Below the pieces are notes generated by a model. That model ran no database searches. It had not been told where the DNA came from and worked only from the letters and a program-made list of their open reading frames with translations. Below, one piece after another: positions 8,721 through 17,036 of a stretch of 64,000 nucleotides of DNA. The translations under genes were made by a program, and so were the position numbers. Position 1 is the first letter of the stretch. Each line of letters opens with the position of its first letter. The DNA is from Chloroflexota bacterium (GTDB lineage Bacteria > Chloroflexota > Limnocylindria > Limnocylindrales > CSP1-4). The stretch is from contig PMKN01000030.1 in assembly GCA_003158675.1 (NCBI GenBank), positions 10,463 to 74,462 on the forward strand. Reading direction: 5' to 3'.

Positions 8721-9926
8721 GTGTCGATGGGCCAGATCCGTGTCCTGATCGTGGATGACTCGGCCTTCATGCGCCATTCCCTTAGTCGGCTGTTGAAGGA
8801 CGCACCCGGCATCGAGGTTGTGGGCGAGGCATCCAACGGCGAGGAGGGGCTGCGCCGCGCCGATACCCTCCGACCCGATGTCATCACCCTCGACGTGGAG
8901 ATGCCCGTCCTGGACGGTCTGGGCATGCTCAAGCGCTTGATGCTCGAGACCCCGACCCGCGTCGTCATGCTCTCGAGCCGCACCACGGAGCATGCTCAGG
9001 CGACTCTCGACGCCCTCGACTACGGGGCGATCGACTTCGTGCCCAAGCCATCCGGCTCGCTCTCGATCGACATCGGCCAGGTTGGCGTCGACCTCGTCTC
9101 GAAGATCACTGCCGCCGCAGGTATGTCGGAGACGGCTTTCCTGCATCACCGCAAGGTGGCGGTGACGAATCTCACTGTGCTCGACAGCCAGGCCCGGTTG
9201 GACGCGGCGATGCGCCGGCCGGCGCCGGCCCAAACGGACGTCGCCGGCGAGCCCAGGACTCGGACCGTGCCCGTCCCCCCCGAGCGGGGCAGAATGGGGA
9301 GCCAGCCCGCCGGCCCACGGGTCGCCGCCCGCAAGCTGGTAGTGATTGCCTCTTCCACCGGCGGCCCTACTGCCTTACACACGGTAGTCAAGGGTCTGCC
9401 GCCAGAACTGGGAGCCGCGGTCGCAATCGTCCAGCACATGCCCCCGGGCTTCACCGCTTCCCTGGCCGCGCGCCTGGACGCGATCGGCGGCCCGGCCTGC
9501 AAGGAGGCCGCCCCGAACGACGTCCTGATCGAGGACGCGATACTCGTCGCGCCGGGCGGCTACCACCTGATCTGCTCCAGCACCGGGCACGTCCAGCTCG
9601 TGTGCCTGCCGGCCGTGAACGGGGTTCGGCCGGCTGCCGACGTTACTCTCGAGGCCGTGGCTCCCATCTGGCGCGAGCGGCTGCTCTGCGTTGTGTTGAC
9701 CGGAATGGGCTGCGACGCCACGGACGGTGCACGCGCCGTGAAACAGCACGGTGGCAGCGTCATCTCCCAGGACGCGGCCACCGCCACGATGTACGGCATG
9801 CCCGCCGCGGTCGCCGATGCCGGTCTTTCGGATCGGATTCTGCCGCTTCACCAGATCGCCGACGGAATCGTGGCCTGGTGTGCGTCCGGGCGGCCGGCGG
9901 ATCGCACCGCGAACGCGGCATCGTGA
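8721..9926 (+). CDS. cheB: Protein-glutamate methylesterase CheB
   Basis: 401 aa. Receiver (VLIVDDSAFMR, TLDVEMPVLDG), a long Pro/Ala linker and an esterase domain (VVIASSTGGPTAL, IVQHMPPGFT, TGMGCDATDGA). ATG 8727 is an alternative start. Confidence 0.9.
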   Translation: MSMGQIRVLIVDDSAFMRHSLSRLLKDAPGIEVVGEASNGEEGLRRADTLRPDVITLDVEMPVLDGLGMLKRLMLETPTRVVMLSSRTTEHAQATLDALDYGAIDFVPKPSGSLSIDIGQVGVDLVSKITAAAGMSETAFLHHRKVAVTNLTVLDSQARLDAAMRRPAPAQTDVAGEPRTRTVPVPPERGRMGSQPAGPRVAARKLVVIASSTGGPTALHTVVKGLPPELGAAVAIVQHMPPGFTASLAARLDAIGGPACKEAAPNDVLIEDAILVAPGGYHLICSSTGHVQLVCLPAVNGVRPAADVTLEAVAPIWRERLLCVVLTGMGCDATDGARAVKQHGGSVISQDAATATMYGMPAAVADAGLSDRILPLHQIADGIVAWCASGRPADRTANAAS

Positions 9927-9998
9927 TCCTCCGCCCTGCCGGACCCTCCGACGCTCGCCTGGTGAAGAGCGCCGGCGGCGTCTAGGGGAACTCCCTCA

Positions 9999-10027
9999 CT
10001 CACTTTCGCCGCCCCGGCTACCGATAC
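9999..10027 (+). promoter_or_regulatory. Possible internal sigma-28-type promoter upstream of cheW
   Basis: CTCACT-n15-ACCGATAC in the 153-bp cheB-cheW spacer. The -10 is identical to the cheR -10, but the -35 is degenerate (TCAC). Confidence 0.3.
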
Positions 10028-10079
10028 CTAGTCGTGAGCCCAGCCGGTCGCGACCGGCGCGCATGAAGGAGAAAGCGCC

Positions 10080-10565
10080 GTGGCCGACAAACCTACGTCT
10101 GGCGACAGCCGGTCCGTGGAGTTGCAGGTCGTCGTCTGCGAACTCGCGGACGAGCACTACGGCCTGGACATTGCCCGTGTCTTTGAGATCATCCGCCACC
10201 AGTCCATAACGCCCGTGCCAAGGGCGCCGGTCTTCGTGAAGGGTGTCATCAACCTGCGCGGCCGGATCATCCCCGTGGTTGACCTGCGCTGCCGCTTCGC
10301 CATGCCGGAGACCGAACCAACGAAGGAGACTCGCATCGTCGTGGCAGAGAGCGGCTCGACCCGGGTCGGCCTGATCGTCGACAGCGTCTCCGAGGTTCTG
10401 ATGCTGCAGCTCGCTGCCGTGGAGCCGACGCCTGAGGTCGCCGCCGGCGCGGATTCGGAGTACCTGCGCGGTATCGCCAAGCTCGGCGATCGGCTCGTGT
10501 TGCTGCTGGAGCTCGACGGGCTGTTCGACGTGGAGGAACAGAACATCCTCGCGGGAGCGGCCTGA
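10080..10565 (+). CDS. cheW: Chemotaxis coupling protein CheW
   Basis: 161 aa with YGLDIARVFEIIRHQSITPVPRAPVFVKGVINLRGRIIPVVDLRCRF. GTG start is preceded by SD GAAGGAGAA. Confidence 0.9.
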   Translation: MADKPTSGDSRSVELQVVVCELADEHYGLDIARVFEIIRHQSITPVPRAPVFVKGVINLRGRIIPVVDLRCRFAMPETEPTKETRIVVAESGSTRVGLIVDSVSEVLMLQLAAVEPTPEVAAGADSEYLRGIAKLGDRLVLLLELDGLFDVEEQNILAGAA

Positions 10566-10568
10566 GCC

Positions 10569-11033
10569 ATGAGAGTCCTGATCGTCAATACCTACGTTCA
10601 GTGCGCTCTGAACGTGATCGCCAAAGAGACCGGCCTCGAAGTCCAGCGCGGCGACCTGCAGGTGGAAGGCAATCCCTATACGACAGACGATGTGACCGCC
10701 GTGATAGGGATCAGCGGTTCGCTGAGGGGCTCTCTCTACATCTCGATGACAGAGCCGACAGCCCTCAAGCTCATTGGCGCGATCATGGGCCAGGAGAAGG
10801 ACGAACTAGACGAACTCGGCCAGAGCGGCATCGCCGAGATGGCGAACGTCATCGCCGGGATTGCCGGCATCGAACTCTCGGTAGACGGCTACCAGACCAC
10901 CATCAACCCACCCCTGGTGCTGGTCGGTCGCGGGGCGCGCCTATCCACCGTGGAGATTCAGCGCCTGGTCGTGCCACTCACCACGTCGCATGGCGTGGTG
11001 AAGCTGCACATAGCGTTGAGAGAGACCTCGTGA
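10569..11033 (+). CDS. cheX: CheX-type (CheC-family) CheY-P phosphatase
   Basis: 154 aa with a single S-x3-E-x2-N site (SGIAEMAN) followed by VIAGIAG. Length and layout fit CheX. Confidence 0.8.
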   Translation: MRVLIVNTYVQCALNVIAKETGLEVQRGDLQVEGNPYTTDDVTAVIGISGSLRGSLYISMTEPTALKLIGAIMGQEKDELDELGQSGIAEMANVIAGIAGIELSVDGYQTTINPPLVLVGRGARLSTVEIQRLVVPLTTSHGVVKLHIALRETS

Positions 11034-11034
11034 G

Positions 11035-13332
11035 ATGCGCCTGACCTTCGATCTGGAGCCTGGCGACGATCGTCTGTTCACGGACGAGTCGCTGGAGCAG
11101 ATCGAGCGGATCGAGCAAGGGCTGCTCGATCTCGAGCATGGTCAGGACCCGGGTGTGGTCAACGAGGTCTTCCGAGCGGCCCACACCCTCAAGGGCTCGG
11201 CGGCGACGATCGGGCACCGCCGCATGGCCGAACTCACGCACGCGATGGAGGATCTGTTTGGAGCCTTCCGCAGCGGAACCCTCAGCGAGCTAGGACCATT
11301 CGCCGACATCCTCCTCGCCACGATTGACGTTCTGCGAGCTCTCGTGGCCGAGGTCAAGGAAGGCGAGACGCTGACCGACGCGCCAGAAGCGCTGACTGCC
11401 GAGCTCCGCCAGTTGCTCTCCACGGCCACGGCCGCGGCGGCAGCCAGATCGTCGGCGAAGCCGGCGCCGATGGCCCGCGCGTCCATACCCGCCCCGCCGG
11501 CCCCTTCTCCCGCCACGGCCCTTCCGGCCGCGGAGTCACCGCCCGGCGCGGACCTCGACGAGCGGCCTGAGGACGGCATCACCAACATCGCCGTCGCGCC
11601 GCTGATCCAGCGGCTCCTGAGCGACGCCCCAGCCGGCCTGGAGCCGCGCTCGTTGTTCGTCTGCCGGATAGACCCAACCAGCGAGTGGCAAGCCGTCAGA
11701 CTGCTCCAGCTCGTCCTGGAGGTCGAGGAGACCGGTGCCCTGGCCGGATCCGTGCCGGGCCGCCAGGAAATAGAGAGCGGCCTCGGCTCCTCGCTGCTGG
11801 CCATCCTCGCCCGGGGCCGGCCGAGCGAACTGACTGAGCTACGCCGTCGCCTGGCCTCTATCGATGACGTCGTGAGCGTGGAAATGGTCGCAGCCCCGCT
11901 CAGCCCCGGTCAGGTCGACTCCTCGGAGATGGCGTGCAGCGTGGACCTCTACGGCCCCGCCGAGAGTGCGCCGATCACGGCCAGCCGCAGCGACGACCGG
12001 CCTGGGGCGGGCTCGCCCAGTCGGGACGGCCGCCAGGCCGAACCGGGCGCGGGGGTCGGCGGGCTTCCCGCCGGCGACCGGGCGGCGGCCGTGAGCGAGC
12101 GCATGAAGGCCGCCCAGCAGACCATCCGCATCGACGTCTCTCGACTCGACGAGCTGATGAACCTCGTTGGCGAACTGGTCGTGCACAAGACCAGGCTGCA
12201 GCGAAGCGCTCAGCAACTGGCAATTCGCCTCGGCGAGGATCCGCTCGCTCGTCAGGCGGAAGAGGACTGCCAGCAGTTCGCTCGCATCGCTGGCCAGCTT
12301 CAGGACCAGGTCACCGGCCTGCGCATGCTGCCAATCGAGACCGTCTTCAGCCGCTTCCCGCGCCTCGTGCGCGACCTTTCGACCAAGCTCGACAAAGACG
12401 TTCAGCTGGCCATGGAGGGCAAGGAGACCGAACTCGATCGCTCCGTGCTCGAGGAGGTCGGCGATCCACTCAGCCACCTGGTCCGGAACGCGATCGACCA
12501 CGGCATCGAATGTGCCGAAGAGCGCCGCGCCGCCGGTAAGCCGCTTCCGGGCACGGTCCGGCTCACCGCCCGCCACGCCGACGGGCGCATCCTGATCACG
12601 GTCGAAGACGACGGCCGCGGTATGGACCCCGCCGGGCTCCGGCGCGTCGCCGTGGAGAGAGGCCTGATGACGATCGATGCAGCCGATGCCATGAGCGACG
12701 CCGAGGCGCTGCGCATCATCTTCACGCCCGGCTTCTCGACCGCCAGGGTGGTGACCCAGGTTTCCGGACGCGGTGTCGGCATGGATGTGGTCCGCAACAA
12801 CATCGAACGCCTGGGTGGCTGGGTCGATATCGCGAGCACGCCCGGCGTCGGGACCATCGTCTCGCTATCGCTGCCGCTGACACTGGCGATAATCGGTGCC
12901 CTGCTCGTCAAGTCGGGCACCCGCGCCTGCGCTCTGCCTCTCACCGGCGTCGTCGAGACGCTTCGAGTCGAACCAAAGGCGTTCGGCCGTGTTCGCGGCC
13001 ACAACGTCCTGACGCTGCGCAACAGGGTCATTCCGATCGAGCAGCTCGACAGCGCCCTGGGCGACCCGCCTCGACCGTTCGCGACCAACGCCAAAGGTTT
13101 CGTGAACCTGGTCGTGGTTCGGTCGCGCGACACTGAGATGGCCCTGGCGGTGGATGCCTTCGTCGGCCAGCACGAGATCGTGCTCAAGTCGCTGAGCGGC
13201 GTGACCGGCCAGCGCCGTGGCCTGGCCGGCGCCACGATCATGGCCGACGGCGCGGTTGGCCTGGTGGTGGACATCGCCGCTCTGCTCGAGCGCAGCGCGT
13301 CCGTTGCGGCAAAGTCCGCCGCCGTCGCCTAA
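11035..13332 (+). CDS. cheA: Chemotaxis histidine kinase CheA
   Basis: 765 aa. Hpt (FRAAHTLKGSAATIG), a long Ala/Pro linker, dimerisation and ATPase domains (HLVRNAIDHGIE, EDDGRGMD, GRGVGMDVV) and a C-terminal CheW-like domain. Confidence 0.95.
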   Translation: MRLTFDLEPGDDRLFTDESLEQIERIEQGLLDLEHGQDPGVVNEVFRAAHTLKGSAATIGHRRMAELTHAMEDLFGAFRSGTLSELGPFADILLATIDVLRALVAEVKEGETLTDAPEALTAELRQLLSTATAAAAARSSAKPAPMARASIPAPPAPSPATALPAAESPPGADLDERPEDGITNIAVAPLIQRLLSDAPAGLEPRSLFVCRIDPTSEWQAVRLLQLVLEVEETGALAGSVPGRQEIESGLGSSLLAILARGRPSELTELRRRLASIDDVVSVEMVAAPLSPGQVDSSEMACSVDLYGPAESAPITASRSDDRPGAGSPSRDGRQAEPGAGVGGLPAGDRAAAVSERMKAAQQTIRIDVSRLDELMNLVGELVVHKTRLQRSAQQLAIRLGEDPLARQAEEDCQQFARIAGQLQDQVTGLRMLPIETVFSRFPRLVRDLSTKLDKDVQLAMEGKETELDRSVLEEVGDPLSHLVRNAIDHGIECAEERRAAGKPLPGTVRLTARHADGRILITVEDDGRGMDPAGLRRVAVERGLMTIDAADAMSDAEALRIIFTPGFSTARVVTQVSGRGVGMDVVRNNIERLGGWVDIASTPGVGTIVSLSLPLTLAIIGALLVKSGTRACALPLTGVVETLRVEPKAFGRVRGHNVLTLRNRVIPIEQLDSALGDPPRPFATNAKGFVNLVVVRSRDTEMALAVDAFVGQHEIVLKSLSGVTGQRRGLAGATIMADGAVGLVVDIAALLERSASVAAKSAAVA

Positions 13333-13466
13333 GCCCGAACCGGTGAGGCGCCGCACATCGCCGGGCCGAAGGCGGGCCACCGGCGGCCCCAGCCCGCTTC
13401 CCTCGCTCACCGTCCCCGAAGCACTGTTAGGAAACGAGCCGTCCCGCTGCAGCCCGGTCCATCGCT

Positions 13467-14510
13467 CTAGCCCGCGACCTTGAGCACGCCCGCGAGATCG
13501 GGATTCGAGATCTCGCCCGAGACGCTGCCGCCGTTCAGGACGTTCCAGCCGCCCAGCAGCCTTATGAACTCTCGTAGCAGCTCGTCGTTGAACTGGCCGC
13601 GCATGGCCACGCGCATCACTCGTAGAGCCTCGAAGGCAGTCATGGCGGTCTTGTAGGGCCGGCAAGAGGTCAGCGCGTCGAACGCGTCGACGATGGCCAC
13701 GGCCTGGCTGTCCAGGGCGATCTGAGAACCAAGCCGTGAAGCCGGATAACCGGAGCCATCGCAGCGCTCATGGTGCTCGGCGACGATGTGGGCGTACGAG
13801 GGCGAGTGGCCGAGAGCCCGAACGATCATGTCGTAGCCAGCCCGGGCGTGGCCGCGCATCACCTGCCACTCGACGGCGTCCAGCGGCGCCGGCTTGTCCA
13901 GGATCGACTTGGGGACGCGGTTCTTGCCGATGTCGTGGAGCAATCCGCCCCGAGCCACGTCTCTGATCTCCTGCGGACCGCCGATGCGTACGAAGCGGGC
14001 CAGGACGACGCCGTAGACGGCAGTGTTGATCGCGTGAGTGTGCGTCGCCGCGTGCTTCTGCATCGTGGCCACCATCGCCCACACCATGTCGTCGTCTTCG
14101 AGCAGGCGCATCGTGATGCTGTCGATTGCGGCGTGGCTCAGGACCAGACCGTCGTGGTCGAGCGGCCGGTCCCGCGTGAAGATCGGGGTGAGCACCTTGG
14201 CGGCGATCGAGTACGCGGTCTTGCTGCGCTCGATCGGAGAGACGCGCTGATCCCCGAGCACCCTGGGCAAAGACGCGGTGAGGGCGCCGTGGAGCAAGTC
14301 GGCGTCGATCTCACGAACCAGGAACGACATGCCTCGCTGGGCCCGCGCGACGACGCGCCGCAGGTCACCACCGCGCATCGCGTACAAGATCGGCCGCGGT
14401 CCGCGCCAGATGTACAGGTCGCATGGCAGCGTCTCGATGGCGACCAGGACCCGAGCCGGGAGGGGCTCGTATCCGGGCGGCGCCGCTAGGATGAAAGATG
14501 GAGTCGGCAT
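13467..14510 (-). CDS. HD-GYP domain c-di-GMP phosphodiesterase-like protein
   Basis: Trimmed from the 494-aa ORF to ATG 14510 (MPTPSF...), because the upstream part overlaps cheR and its promoter. Motifs: HAINTAVYG, GGLLHDIGK, HHERCDGSGYP. Confidence 0.85.
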   Translation of the reverse strand: MPTPSFILAAPPGYEPLPARVLVAIETLPCDLYIWRGPRPILYAMRGGDLRRVVARAQRGMSFLVREIDADLLHGALTASLPRVLGDQRVSPIERSKTAYSIAAKVLTPIFTRDRPLDHDGLVLSHAAIDSITMRLLEDDDMVWAMVATMQKHAATHTHAINTAVYGVVLARFVRIGGPQEIRDVARGGLLHDIGKNRVPKSILDKPAPLDAVEWQVMRGHARAGYDMIVRALGHSPSYAHIVAEHHERCDGSGYPASRLGSQIALDSQAVAIVDAFDALTSCRPYKTAMTAFEALRVMRVAMRGQFNDELLREFIRLLGGWNVLNGGSVSGEISNPDLAGVLKVAG

Positions 14511-14552
14511 AGTTCTCTCGGAAGTCCGCGGGGCGCCGGCGGCCCTCCGGAG

Positions 14553-14580
14553 GTGTCGGCGTCCACCAGGCTCCCTTGAG
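14553..14580 (-). promoter_or_regulatory. Sigma-28-type promoter of the HD-GYP gene
   Basis: Minus-strand CTCAAG-n14-GCCGACAC, about 35-nt leader to ATG 14510. Confidence 0.55.
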
Positions 14581-14591
14581 AGGGCCGAACG

Positions 14592-14619
14592 GTCAAACCC
14601 GGCAGCCGATGACCGATAC
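14592..14619 (+). promoter_or_regulatory. Sigma-28-type promoter of cheR
   Basis: GTCAAA-n14-ACCGATAC. The octamer ends 8 nt before ATG 14628, so the predicted mRNA is leaderless. Confidence 0.55.
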
Positions 14620-14627
14620 CTCCGAAG

Positions 14628-15470
14628 ATGGAGACTCCACCGCGACCGGGGCGACCGATCCTTCCTTACGCCTTCGCGCCTGTGCCGGAGCTGGACACGG
14701 ACGCCTACGACAGGCTGGCGCGAGAGGTCCGCGGCATGTTGGGCATAGATCTCAAGCAGTACCGGCCGGCCCAGGTCTGGCGCCGGGTGAACGGCTTTGC
14801 GGTCGCTCGGGGGCTCCCCGATTGGGACGCGCTGGTGGCTCGAGCTCGCGACGACGCGTCGTTGCGACAGGCCTTTCTGGACATGCTGACCATCAACGTC
14901 AGCGAATTCTTCCGGAACGCCGAGGCCTGGGACGTCCTGGTCGACCGGCACCTCAAACCGATGCTGCAGAGCCAGCCATCGGTCAGGATCTGGAGTGCCG
15001 GTTGCTCACTCGGGTTCGAACCGTTCACCCTGGCGATGCTCGTGCAGGAGATCGCAGCCCCAGCGAAAGTCCGAATCCTGGCCACGGACCTGGACGAAAC
15101 GACCCTGGCAAGGGCCAGATTCGCGACCTACGCCGGACCACAGATGGCGGGCGTCTCGGAGGCGCGGCGGGCTCGTTTCTTCCGTCGCGACGGAGATTAC
15201 TGGACGGTCAATTCGGAACTCCAAGCCCTCGTCACCTTCCGACGGCATGACCTTCTGGCAGATCCATGCCACAAGCCATTCGACTTGATCTGCTGCCGCA
15301 ACGTCGTGATCTACTTCACCGAGCCCGCCAAGGCGGAGCTGTACCGGCGCTTCTGCGATGCGCTCCGGCCGGGCGGAATCCTCTTCCTTGGGGCAACCGA
15401 GACGATCCAGAACATCCGGAGCGTGGGCCTCGAACGAGCGGGCTTGACCTTCTACAGGAGGCCCGTTTAA
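14628..15470 (+). CDS. cheR: Chemotaxis protein methyltransferase CheR
   Basis: 280 aa with N-terminal LKQYRPAQVWRRV, TINVSEFFRN, SAM-binding IWSAGCSLGFEPF and DLICCRNVVIYF. Confidence 0.9.
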   Translation: METPPRPGRPILPYAFAPVPELDTDAYDRLAREVRGMLGIDLKQYRPAQVWRRVNGFAVARGLPDWDALVARARDDASLRQAFLDMLTINVSEFFRNAEAWDVLVDRHLKPMLQSQPSVRIWSAGCSLGFEPFTLAMLVQEIAAPAKVRILATDLDETTLARARFATYAGPQMAGVSEARRARFFRRDGDYWTVNSELQALVTFRRHDLLADPCHKPFDLICCRNVVIYFTEPAKAELYRRFCDALRPGGILFLGATETIQNIRSVGLERAGLTFYRRPV

Positions 15471-15624
15471 TGACCTCTTCAGTCAGTAAACGTATGCCGG
15501 GTCAGCCGGCCGGATGGGTCGCCCAGGACGCGGAGGTCCGGCTCGTTTCCGCCGTGGGTCCTACCTAAGACCATGCAAACTCCGCATTCCCGGCGCCGCG
15601 ACCGTGGGATAACCTGCCAACTGC

Positions 15625-16068
15625 ATGGTTACCCCAACACCTCTCCACCCGGGCAGTCGTTCGCCATACGTACTGGTAGTGGATGACGACGAATACGTTC
15701 ACGGCGCGCTCGAAGCTGCCCTGCGCGTGCTGCGGGTCAATCTGCTGACCGCCCGCACCGCGGCCGAGGGTGAGGCTCTCGCATTCCAGTACCGACCGTC
15801 GCTGGCGATCGTGGACGTAGGCTTGCCGGATCGAGATGGCTACGAACTCACCGCCGACTTGCGGCGTTCGCCGGCCCTGGCCGGGATGCGGATCCTGATC
15901 CTGACCGGCCAGTCGCCCGACGCGACGGCGGCTCGCGACTGCGGCGCCAACGGCCTGATCCTGAAGCCTTTCCGGCTGCACCACTTCCTCGATCTGGCCC
16001 GAGAACAGCTGGGGGCGCACGCGCCCGAGGAACAGCGTTTGCCAGCGATCCTGGCCCGCGGCGCCTGA
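15625..16068 (+). CDS. Single-domain (CheY-like) response regulator
   Basis: 147 aa with a canonical receiver (VLVVDDDEY, AIVDVGLPDRDG, ILILTGQ, LILKPF). Confidence 0.8.
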   Translation: MVTPTPLHPGSRSPYVLVVDDDEYVHGALEAALRVLRVNLLTARTAAEGEALAFQYRPSLAIVDVGLPDRDGYELTADLRRSPALAGMRILILTGQSPDATAARDCGANGLILKPFRLHHFLDLAREQLGAHAPEEQRLPAILARGA

Positions 16069-16116
16069 TCGCCCGCGTCCGGCAGGAGATCGACTCGGGA
16101 TCTGCGTTCGTCTCGA

Positions 16117-16362
16117 TCAGTGGCGGATGGGCCTATCGCCGCCGTCGAGGGCGCATACGATCCGCTCGTCGTTGAGAAGCCGCAGCTCGCGCCGGATCTG
16201 TTCGAGCTGGCACTGCAGCGAGATCAGAAGTTCGCGATCGTCGAGGAGAATCCGCTCCAGGCGGCGCTGAATCGAACGCACCGACAGGGGGCTGAGTGCA
16301 GCCGCCAGCGTCTCGGCGGCGACCTGCCGTTCCATCGGGGTCGGATGGCCTCCCGGGATCAT
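16117..16362 (-). CDS. Hypothetical 81-aa helical protein translationally coupled to fliS (FliT-position ORF)
   Basis: ATG 16362-16360 overlaps the fliS stop (ATGA). Heptad-like IQRRLERILLDDRELLISLQCQLEQIRRELRLLNDE. It occupies the slot after fliS where fliT-type chaperones lie. No recognisable family motif. Confidence 0.4.
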   Translation of the reverse strand: MIPGGHPTPMERQVAAETLAAALSPLSVRSIQRRLERILLDDRELLISLQCQLEQIRRELRLLNDERIVCALDGGDRPIRH

Positions 16363-16838
16363 CGACGCATGCTCCCCGCATACGAGCCCGCCGCAACCAG
16401 CGAACCTGCCGGCCGCGCCGCACCGAACGCAGGACGACGGGCCGGCTCGGGAATTCCGTCGACGAGAGCCGACGCCGGTCGTGACGCCAGTTCCTGCCAC
16501 GCCTCGAGTAGGCCACGCAGGATCTTGAGTGCATCCTCTGTGGGCCCGGGTTCCTTGGAGACGTTCCCGGCGACGAGGCGGCGCAGCACGAAGTCGTACA
16601 GCTGGTCCAGCTGCACGGCCATCGGTCCCGCTGCCAGATCGAGCGAACTGCGCAGCGCGGACACGATCTCCTGGCATCGAATTGAGGCGCGATGGGCCTG
16701 CTCGATGTCGTTGCGCTCCAGCCAGGAGAGATGCTGCGACCCGAAGCGGATCGCGCCCTGGTAGAGCAGCACGATCTGGCCGGCGCGACTGGCGCTGACG
16801 ACCTGGGACGTGCGGTATGCGAACGTCGGATCGAGCAT
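16359..16838 (-). CDS. fliS: Flagellin-specific chaperone FliS
   Basis: Trimmed to ATG 16838 (MLDPTFAYRT...). FliS signature SQVVSASRAGQIVLLYQGAIRF...IEQAHRASIRCQEIVSALRSSLD...LYDFVLRRL. Confidence 0.85.
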   Translation of the reverse strand: MLDPTFAYRTSQVVSASRAGQIVLLYQGAIRFGSQHLSWLERNDIEQAHRASIRCQEIVSALRSSLDLAAGPMAVQLDQLYDFVLRRLVAGNVSKEPGPTEDALKILRGLLEAWQELASRPASALVDGIPEPARRPAFGAARPAGSLVAAGSYAGSMRR

Positions 16839-16894
16839 GATTGGAGCCTCGGGTTGTCTACGAGGAGGCCGTCCAGGTGGCGGCTCCACCTTAG

Positions 16895-16923
16895 GTATCG
16901 GACCGGAGAGGGGCGCTCTTGAC
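16895..16923 (-). promoter_or_regulatory. Sigma-28-type promoter upstream of fliS
   Basis: Minus-strand GTCAAG-n15-TCCGATAC in the 198-bp fliD-fliS spacer. Confidence 0.55.
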
Positions 16924-17036
16924 CGTTCGTGGCCTGCCGGCACCACCCCTGACACTCAGCCGCGCGTCGGTCCGGGGCAAGACGAAGCAGTACTAGCGCT
17001 TGGAGCGCGACACCGTCGGCGGTCTGAGACCCGGGG

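Noticed and set aside
13333-13466. Possible bidirectional terminator between the convergent cheA and HD-GYP genes (GGGCCG...CGGCCC).
   Set aside because: It has only a 6-bp stem, a 16-nt loop and no U-tract, so it cannot be distinguished from random GC-rich complementarity.
14511-14951. Upstream extensions of real genes offered by the ORF track: HD-GYP to 14951, flgK to 24301, fliP to 33076, fliS to 16955, csrA to 21234, the aldo-keto reductase to 51899, and the MCP to 57752.
   Set aside because: The extensions run through neighbouring genes or promoters and are Arg-rich. Each ends at an internal ATG where the conserved family N-terminus begins, often with an SD or a stop-start overlap with the upstream gene.
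15012-15022. GGGTTCGAACC, a tRNA T-arm-like string.
   Set aside because: It lies inside the well-supported cheR reading frame (CSLGFEPF). No acceptor or anticodon stems can be drawn around it.
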